Shown here: positions 45,467-51,445 of the stretch, piece after piece
Position numbering within the stretch: the first letter of the stretch is position 1
How the letters are laid out: the number at the start of each line of letters is the position of its first letter
IMG/VR virus record: IMGVR_UViG_3300020045_002964
Span: 1 to 51,445 of that record
Origin: a virus
Lineage: Duplodnaviria; Caudoviricetes
DNA length: 51,445 bases
Direction: 5' to 3' (one strand)
Position numbers and translations under genes: made by a program
The notes under the pieces: model-generated
What the model saw: the letters and a program-made list of their open reading frames with translations, nothing else
What the model was told of the DNA's origin: nothing
The model's database searches: none

Positions 45467-46738
45467 ATGCCATCGAAAGTAACATACTGGTACACACACC
45501 ATGAAGGTATATCTCTACTTCATGTGAGTAGTAATGATCCGCGTAGAGGCGGTTCACAAGACTTAGCAATGTTTGATAGTGATGTTTATGCTGGTTTGAT
45601 TGGTAATGAGTGGCGAGTACGTAGTGGTCGTATAGAAAATCAATTTGGTCAGTCATTTTTATCGGTGATTGCGCCTTTATATAATTTAGGCAGCATTCAG
45701 ATAGAGCCAAACATTGATTACAGAAGTAGTAACTTCCGTAAACGTGTATTCTCTGGCGCTGTACCAGAAGCATTAGCTAAATTTAGAGAGGATCCTCAAT
45801 GGCGTACTAAAAAGCACGCTAAAAAGCATGAGTTGTTCCCACTAATGAAGTGGAAAAAGCGTTCTGATTGGGTGGAACTAGAAGTTTCTGTAGATGACGG
45901 CGTTAAACTTAAGATAAAAATCAATAAATGCTTAGTTCAATATGTTCCTAAGAACTTAGTATGGCGCCCACATCGTAGGAATCAGTTATACTTACTGCCT
46001 AATGCTAAGCAAGCTAAGCGTAATCGTGCTGTAGATGATCGTAGGCATGGTCAAGCATTAACAGAACGTATCTTAAACAATATTCCTGATGCATGCATAG
46101 CGAGAATGCAACGTTCTGATCCGTTAGATTATAGGTTTGATTACGCTACGAACACGTTTTGCTCGGCGATTACGCCTAGGAATACCTACCATAAAGTAGC
46201 AGAAGGTACTGTTCTAGAAGTTCATTGGCCTGCTAACTACGGTCATGCTGATGAACTTAGACCTAAGAATGTTTATCCAGATAAGGAATTATTCTTTCTT
46301 GAAGGAGAAGCTAGGTCTGGGTACTTCTTAATTGACGATAATGTCGTCGATGAAGTAAAGCAATACGATTGGACGATGAATTATAAGCTAGGTGAATGCT
46401 TTTCTAAGAATGTAGAAGATAAATCTGGAAGCCGATACAAATTAGAAAAGCTAGTTGCTAAGCTTAATAAAGTAGAGGTAAACGATCGGGTTGTGCAAAG
46501 TCGTATGACAAGAGGTTATCGAGCGGCAGTAGATGGTGGTGTTGGTAAATATAAAGAACGTGCTGCTTATGAGAATAGAACGCCAGATGAGATGAGTACT
46601 AACAACAGAATGTTCACAAAGCGGCGAATCTATAAGTTCCGTAAGTTCCACTGTGATAAATTCCTTGCTATTCCTGAGCTAAACATTATAGCTTTGGATG
46701 TTCGTTTCAACTCAATCCGCATCGGAGGCGCAAAATGA
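45467..46738 (+). CDS. Basic 423-aa protein with two degenerate HNH-like modules
   Basis: AMFDSDVY..L....W / DPLDYRF and FLIDDNVVDEVKQYDW / ALDVRFNSI. Confidence 0.6.
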   Translation: MPSKVTYWYTHHEGISLLHVSSNDPRRGGSQDLAMFDSDVYAGLIGNEWRVRSGRIENQFGQSFLSVIAPLYNLGSIQIEPNIDYRSSNFRKRVFSGAVPEALAKFREDPQWRTKKHAKKHELFPLMKWKKRSDWVELEVSVDDGVKLKIKINKCLVQYVPKNLVWRPHRRNQLYLLPNAKQAKRNRAVDDRRHGQALTERILNNIPDACIARMQRSDPLDYRFDYATNTFCSAITPRNTYHKVAEGTVLEVHWPANYGHADELRPKNVYPDKELFFLEGEARSGYFLIDDNVVDEVKQYDWTMNYKLGECFSKNVEDKSGSRYKLEKLVAKLNKVEVNDRVVQSRMTRGYRAAVDGGVGKYKERAAYENRTPDEMSTNNRMFTKRRIYKFRKFHCDKFLAIPELNIIALDVRFNSIRIGGAK

Positions 46739-46977
46739 TTACACCAACTAAACAAGAGTTGAGTGAGTTTGAATCTTTGTTTAACGAATTCAAAGATTTC
46801 TGCGTAGAGAACCCTAAAACGCACGTCGATACAGAAATGATTAAGAAGATTATTACCCCGCTGCCTAGCGATGATTCTATGAAGCAACATGGTGAACGAC
46901 TTATTCGATATAATAAGTATCTAACAATGTGTACGAAGTATGCGCCTTATTTCTTTTTGCAAAGATCATTTGTATGA
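46735..46977 (+). CDS. Hypothetical protein
   Basis: GGAGG RBS; ATGA overlap. Confidence 0.7.
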   Translation: MITPTKQELSEFESLFNEFKDFCVENPKTHVDTEMIKKIITPLPSDDSMKQHGERLIRYNKYLTMCTKYAPYFFLQRSFV

Positions 46978-47771
46978 GAAATCGAGGACGTGGAATAGGC
47001 AGAAGTGATAGTATTGCTGTAGGTGGTAGCGCTACTCCTACACCTCCATCAAATAACGCTGTTATAATTGATGGCTCATCAATGGGGTTTGTAATGCAAG
47101 CTCCAGCTGATACTAATGAATCAGCGATAACTACATTCAATCTAACAGCTGGTGCAGGTTTGCCTGTTAATTTAACGATGGGTATGTGGGTTAAACCACA
47201 AGCTGGTATGCCATATGATACGTGGTCATACTTCATGACGTTAGATAGAACATCGCCATGGACTCAGTTCCTTGGTTTTGGTATTAATGCTAATGGTGTT
47301 GAGCGATACCGTACCTTTATTGATATTTGTAATAATGTAATCCATGGCGCTGGCGCATTAGCTATTGATACATGGTCGCATGTATGTTTACGTAAAACTG
47401 GGTTTGTATACAATATTATTGTTAATAGTATAGCTCTAGTATTAGACCCTAATGATGGTGGAGGATCTACTACGCAACGAACGAATGGTAATACAGCTGA
47501 TAACCTACGCAAACTTTGGATTAATCAACTTGGAGCTAGTGGGCAAGAAGCTGCGCTAGTATTCGACGGCTCGTTGTGCGGTGCGTTTTATATAACTGAA
47601 TCATTATCACTTGAAGATATTGCAGCTATTGCTGCAAGTACCGACCCCGTAGAAGACGCTCAAGTATCTTGTCGTTTAGATGGGCATACTGATTTAACCA
47701 ATGAAGGTACAAACGGTATCGATCTAACAGCGTTCGGTACTTTAACAACTGATACAGAAGGTCCTTATTAA
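46974..47771 (+). CDS. LamG/concanavalin A-like lectin-domain protein
   Basis: LTMGMWVKP...DTWSHVCL...IIVN...FDGSL...LS.EDI..IA; ATGA overlap at 46974. Confidence 0.75.
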   Translation: MRNRGRGIGRSDSIAVGGSATPTPPSNNAVIIDGSSMGFVMQAPADTNESAITTFNLTAGAGLPVNLTMGMWVKPQAGMPYDTWSYFMTLDRTSPWTQFLGFGINANGVERYRTFIDICNNVIHGAGALAIDTWSHVCLRKTGFVYNIIVNSIALVLDPNDGGGSTTQRTNGNTADNLRKLWINQLGASGQEAALVFDGSLCGAFYITESLSLEDIAAIAASTDPVEDAQVSCRLDGHTDLTNEGTNGIDLTAFGTLTTDTEGPY

Positions 47772-47772
47772 T

Positions 47773-48045
47773 ATGTACCATTTACTTCTTAATCGTACAA
47801 CAGATGAAGTTATTATTGTTACGCACGATAGTTATGTTCATGTGTTCGCCACCGACAACGAATACGTCGAGATTGAGTACCATTCTCAGCTTCAAGCGAA
47901 CGGTATTACAGTACCACGTTTATTAAAAGCTGTGGAAGCATTCGTCAACAACGGAGTTCAAAAAGAATTATTTATTAGTCAAGATGAAGCACTGACTCAA
48001 CGTGATGTTAAAACTCAAATTATTCGTCGAGGCGTAAATGAGTGA
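47773..48045 (+). CDS. Hypothetical protein
   Basis: Tightly packed ORF. Confidence 0.65.
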   Translation: MYHLLLNRTTDEVIIVTHDSYVHVFATDNEYVEIEYHSQLQANGITVPRLLKAVEAFVNNGVQKELFISQDEALTQRDVKTQIIRRGVNE

Positions 48046-48247
48046 TCGTAAAGTACTTCTTACTGATGAGAAGATACAGAAGGTGGTTGATGAATATAAT
48101 AAACATGAGATTGCTTATTACGGTGAAGCAGCTGCTATTACTAATACAGTAGAAGACTACACTTGTAATTCGTGTATAGATAAATACAAATGTGAGTCAT
48201 CATTCGATCCGTACAACACCGGCGGCGATTGTTTGGAGAACAAATGA
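48038..48247 (+). CDS. Small Cys-rich protein (CxxC...C...C)
   Basis: GAGG RBS. Confidence 0.65.
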   Translation: MSDRKVLLTDEKIQKVVDEYNKHEIAYYGEAAAITNTVEDYTCNSCIDKYKCESSFDPYNTGGDCLENK

Positions 48248-48456
48248 CAGAAGACCTAATGGTGATTGACCAACTTACTATTATCTGCAAAGGTTGTGGT
48301 GAGAATAGAGTTGTTACCTTCAACCCATATTTAGTAGGTGCAGCAGCGCTTATAGAATATACTAAGACTAAACTAGTAGCTTGTCAATGCGGGCATGCAT
48401 TCTGCGATCTTAAAGCACGCTTTGCTAAAGACCCAAACGAACCAAGTAGGAATTAA
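48244..48456 (+). CDS. Small Zn-ribbon-like protein (CKGC...CQCG..FC)
   Basis: GGAG RBS; ATGA overlap. Confidence 0.65.
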   Translation: MTEDLMVIDQLTIICKGCGENRVVTFNPYLVGAAALIEYTKTKLVACQCGHAFCDLKARFAKDPNEPSRN

Positions 48457-48458
48457 CT

Positions 48459-48773
48459 ATGTGTACTATTCGCCAACGACTACGTAAACGTCGAAATCTT
48501 CTTAAGCGTACGCGTGAGACGTTTAAGAAGAAAAGTAATAACTTATGTTCTTTCTTATGGGACTTACGTAATAAGAAGGAACGTAGATTAACTCGTATTA
48601 GTAACCGCGAAGAACGTGTAAGTCTACGATTCTTTCGCCACTTAGCATATGACGTACCAGAAGCATTCGATCATGTGTTGAAAACTAATATTCGTGCTAG
48701 CATAGAGTGCGGCGAATTCTTCATTAAGAAACACCCAGCGAACGTCGCGGATGCAAATGACAGACGTAACTAA
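48459..48773 (+). CDS. Very basic hypothetical protein
   Basis: AGGA RBS; Arg/Lys-rich N-terminus. Confidence 0.55.
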   Translation: MCTIRQRLRKRRNLLKRTRETFKKKSNNLCSFLWDLRNKKERRLTRISNREERVSLRFFRHLAYDVPEAFDHVLKTNIRASIECGEFFIKKHPANVADANDRRN

Positions 48774-48975
48774 ACACATCATTGTAACAGATGATGGCTA
48801 TGTAAGAGTAGTGTACTGGACGCCAGACTCTTATAAGCAGAAGAAAGCTTGTTATTTAACACCGATGGAGCTTAATGAGCACGTCGATCGGTTGAATTGG
48901 AAGATATACTGCGCTGCTGTAGCTTTATCAAAAGACATAAAAGCGCCTCATTGCTACGGTCTTTTTCAGACATAA
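48751..48975 (+). CDS. Hypothetical protein
   Basis: Overlapping operon ORF. Confidence 0.55.
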   Translation: MQMTDVTKHIIVTDDGYVRVVYWTPDSYKQKKACYLTPMELNEHVDRLNWKIYCAAVALSKDIKAPHCYGLFQT

Positions 48976-48994
48976 CAATGAGGCGCCAGATTTA

Positions 48995-49213
48995 TTACGC
49001 CGTGAAAGGTGTAACAACTAGAGTTGAGTTAACCTTCTCAACCATAGTCGTACCAATCATGGTAGTAGCTATAGCATCAGTGAGGTTAAGAACAGAAGTT
49101 GATGTACTCTTTAGATAGTACTTACCGCTTACACGGAATGTATCACCTAGAGTTAGCTCGCTCACTGCTTGTAGTGCTGGAGTTGGGAACGCAGAGTCGT
49201 CGATAGTAAGCAT
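48995..49213 (-). CDS. Small beta-rich hypothetical protein
   Basis: AAAGGAG RBS; isolated minus-strand gene. Confidence 0.7.
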   Translation of the reverse strand: MLTIDDSAFPTPALQAVSELTLGDTFRVSGKYYLKSTSTSVLNLTDAIATTMIGTTMVEKVNSTLVVTPFTA

Positions 49214-49278
49214 GGGTTATGCTCCTTTGAATACGCCTATACCTATTTATACATGGTAAGCAAGGAAATTGTTCTTAA

Positions 49279-49309
49279 CGCCTAATACATTGTAGTGATG
49301 TATTAGGCG
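49279..49309. other. 12-bp perfect hairpin
   Basis: CGCCTAATACAT-tgtagtg-ATGTATTAGGCG. Confidence 0.8.
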
Positions 49310-49554
49310 CATTCGTTGATGGTGAAGATAATGATGAGTACGTCGAGGGCGTATAATAGGTATAATGACGTTTAAAACGTCGAATACGTTGTTTGTTTGG
49401 TCCCCCACGTACTATGTGTCACACACGCACGAGCATACCTCCCCCTCCCCTTTGTTGCTTGGCATGCCACGTGCTAGGCGCACTCAACGTATAAGCTAAC
49501 ACATCATCACATATAGGTGTGACACACCATCGCATGCGTTGAGTGCGCCTAGCA

Positions 49555-49581
49555 TTGCACGCTCTTCCCATGTGTTATAAT
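49555..49581 (+). promoter_or_regulatory. Candidate first early promoter TTGCAC-N15-TATAAT
   Basis: Consensus -10; directly after a 20-bp inverted repeat. Confidence 0.55.
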
Positions 49582-49644
49582 GTCGTCGTAAGGTGAGCAC
49601 GACGCACACCACACAAAGCAACCTCCACTAGAACGGAGTCTATC

Positions 49645-49803
49645 ATGGGTATCGGCGAACTGACCTTGGCACTCACCTTGGACGGCAAGTGCAACGACGC
49701 TGTAGAACTGCTGGCCTTGCTCACCATGAGCGGCGTATGCACTACCGTTGCTATGCTCGCTGTGCGCGACGCTGTGCACGCTGGCCTTGTTTCACACACC
49801 TAG
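49645..49803 (+). CDS. Small hydrophobic protein (52 aa, MGIGELTLALTLDGKCNDAVELL...)
   Basis: Hand-translated; GGAG RBS; downstream of the promoter. Confidence 0.55.
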   Translation: MGIGELTLALTLDGKCNDAVELLALLTMSGVCTTVAMLAVRDAVHAGLVSHT

Positions 49804-50375
49804 TACGTCGAATGCGCCTAGCTAGCTAGGCAAGTGTGCGCGCAGCTTAGAATGCACGCACCAATCCGCTCTTTTACAAGTCCATAGCAGAGTGACCACA
49901 TCCGCATGCATTGCGTGCGCCGCCCTTTATTGGGTGACGTGCACGCATACCGTTGGGCAACCTTTGTTCGTGTCATATATGCACCATGCAACCTAAGCGT
50001 TGTACGCATCGCACACGAAACGCATACCATGCGCTAACCAGTCACGCACACGCCCCACCTAAAGAGTAATTGCTCACAGGTGGGCCGGAGAAAGCCCCTC
50101 ATATCAGTGAGCCTAGAAGCACGCTAAACCGCAACGCACTAGGCCACCTTGAAAAGCACTAAGCGCGAAACGGCACCTAGGCATAACCTACGGTGCAACG
50201 ATCGTTCCTAGGTCGAATGAGAGGCATAGACTAGCTAGTTGTCACGGAGCTACCTAGTAAAACTCGTAACACATAGGCGCATTAAGCGTCACAACGTGAC
50301 AAGCAAAGCCTGGGAACGTTTCCTAGGCTTCACGCAATGAACACTCAAACAGCGCACTAGAACGCGCTAGGAGTC
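49804..50375 (+). ncRNA. Candidate long structured leader/ncRNA with boxA-like sites
   Basis: No convincing ORF; GC-rich; at least 7 hairpins; CGCTCTTTTACAA 49867-79 and CACCTTGAAAA 50145-55. Confidence 0.4.
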
Positions 50376-50379
50376 TCCC

Positions 50380-50799
50380 ATGTCGAACATCGAAACCAAC
50401 ACTCACAACAATAGCGAAGCGTTTAAGACTGTGCGCAAGCACAACCGCCAAGCTAAGACTGTCTTTCTCGCCTTGTGCGCCTTTCTGGACAAGGCTGGCA
50501 TGAGCGATGCACAGAAAGAGCGCGCACAGAATGCGCTAGCTAACACTGGTGCGCAGATGATGCGCGCTAAGAATGCATTGCCCTCTGATCCTAGCAAGCT
50601 GCGCATGCATATTGAATCGATCAAACAAAAGTGTGAGAGCATCGTTGCACAGCTTGCGACGGATAAGACGTTTGCGAATGCTGCGCAGAGTGCTGCGATT
50701 CGTAAGGAAGCGACGCACGCGCTAGAAAACGTGAAGCTTTTCCTTGCTGAATACACTGAGCACAAGCAAGCCGTTGCGAACGCTACCAAAGTCGCCTAA
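50380..50799 (+). CDS. Helical Ala-rich early protein
   Basis: AGGAG RBS. Confidence 0.8.
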   Translation: MSNIETNTHNNSEAFKTVRKHNRQAKTVFLALCAFLDKAGMSDAQKERAQNALANTGAQMMRAKNALPSDPSKLRMHIESIKQKCESIVAQLATDKTFANAAQSAAIRKEATHALENVKLFLAEYTEHKQAVANATKVA

Positions 50800-50800
50800 T

Positions 50801-50850
50801 TAGTGGCGGTGTGTCGTGCTACTAACACTAGCATGCCACACCATCCACTA
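50801..50850 (+). other. Long bulged intergenic hairpin (possible RNA processing site)
   Basis: TAGTGG-c-GGTGTG-t-CGTGCTA...TAGCATG-c-CACACC-at-CCACTA. Confidence 0.6.
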
Positions 50851-50864
50851 ACCTAGGAGGCTAT

Positions 50865-51014
50865 ATGTTTAGAATCATGTTCAACTTTCACGGTGTTGCG
50901 CATCGTGTGAATGATAAAATATATATTGGCCGTGAATATGCGGACGATGAATGCGCCTTGATCCGTTCGGTCGGTTTCGACGCTTTCGTAGTAGAGGTAC
51001 ACGATGCAACCTAA
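50865..51014 (+). CDS. Small hypothetical protein (49 aa)
   Basis: Hand-translated; AGGAGG RBS. Confidence 0.65.
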   Translation: MFRIMFNFHGVAHRVNDKIYIGREYADDECALIRSVGFDAFVVEVHDAT

Positions 51015-51219
51015 ACCTTGTAGGTCATTCTCCAAATCTATAAAGACTGCATCAGTCGACCGCATTATTGCGCTTGAGAAAGGCGCAAAGCGTAAGCATG
51101 TGAAACTCTCGCGCGCTGGAACAAAGGCGCATAAGGCGCACAAGTCATTCGCTACACCTACAGATGGTGCAATCCATTGTGCTAAGCGTTACGCTCGCAC
51201 ATTATCTCACTTTCTGTAA
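51004..51219 (+). CDS. Small basic hypothetical protein
   Basis: GAGG RBS; 71 aa. Confidence 0.55.
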   Translation: MQPKPCRSFSKSIKTASVDRIIALEKGAKRKHVKLSRAGTKAHKAHKSFATPTDGAIHCAKRYARTLSHFL

Positions 51220-51240
51220 ATCTCAGTCGTTTTATTTTAC

Positions 51241-51292
51241 ACCCTCCGCATTCATCGTACACGTTGTGTATGGTGCGTGCGGAGGGTTCTTT
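51241..51292 (+). terminator. Long-stem intrinsic terminator
   Basis: ACCCTCCGCA...TGCGGAGGGT followed by TCTTT. Confidence 0.7.
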
Positions 51293-51324
51293 GCGTTAAT
51301 GAGTACGTCGAATACGCCTTTATC

Positions 51325-51445
51325 ACAGAAAGTTAGGTGACAGATGATTGAATATTTATTTATGCTTGCTGAATACGCCTTATACGTCGTGTCAGTGGTT
51401 TTCCTGATTTATTTATCTGTTGAAATAATTAGAGATAACAGACGG
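51325..51445. repeat. Direct terminal repeat, copy 2
   Basis: Identical to 1-121. Confidence 0.97.

Larger units (their letters stand above)
49227..51320. repeat. Dispersed ~17-bp motif TACGTYGARTRCGCCTA (about 9 full or partial copies)
   Basis: Best copies: 49475-49491(-), 49535-49551, 49804-49820, 51304-51320. Confidence 0.7.

Noticed and set aside
50403-50789. 128-aa minus-strand ORF, and minus ORFs at 49549-50030
   Set aside because: Antisense to RBS-led + strand genes or within the structured region; no RBS
49227-51320. Repeated motif as a CRISPR or mini-array
   Set aside because: Degenerate copies, mixed orientation, irregular spacing, no cas genes

Overview
The window looks like a complete, circularly assembled genome of a tailed dsDNA phage, about 51.3 kb unique. 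Bases 1-121 are repeated exactly at 51325-51445. Morphology is probably siphovirus: there is a tape measure protein, a tail tube and a frameshifted tail chaperone, and no sheath. Layout: (i) a long + strand arm from ~49.6 kb, across the junction, to 23.85 kb. It starts with ~45 small early hypotheticals, then SNF2 helicase, PD-(D/E)XK nuclease, SSB-like protein, dNMP kinase, ThyX, a Zn-finger/TOPRIM primase fused to a full MCM-type helicase, and a family A polymerase with non-canonical motifs. (ii) A - strand morphogenesis arm (45.0 to 23.8 kb) from terminase to tail fibres. (iii) A short + strand accessory block (45.1-49.0 kb). I found no integrase, tRNA, CRISPR array, reverse transcriptase or canonical endolysin. 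Main observations: the TOPRIM-MCM fusion paired with a divergent PolA; three degenerate HNH-like modules driven from leaderless promoters divergent from terS; recurrent TTGnnn-N16-TATAAT promoters; a ~1.2 kb mostly non-coding, hairpin-dense control region with a repeated ~17-bp motif and two boxA-like sites; and a 65-bp inverted repeat around a polypurine tract. All protein calls come from motif recognition by eye, with no database search.
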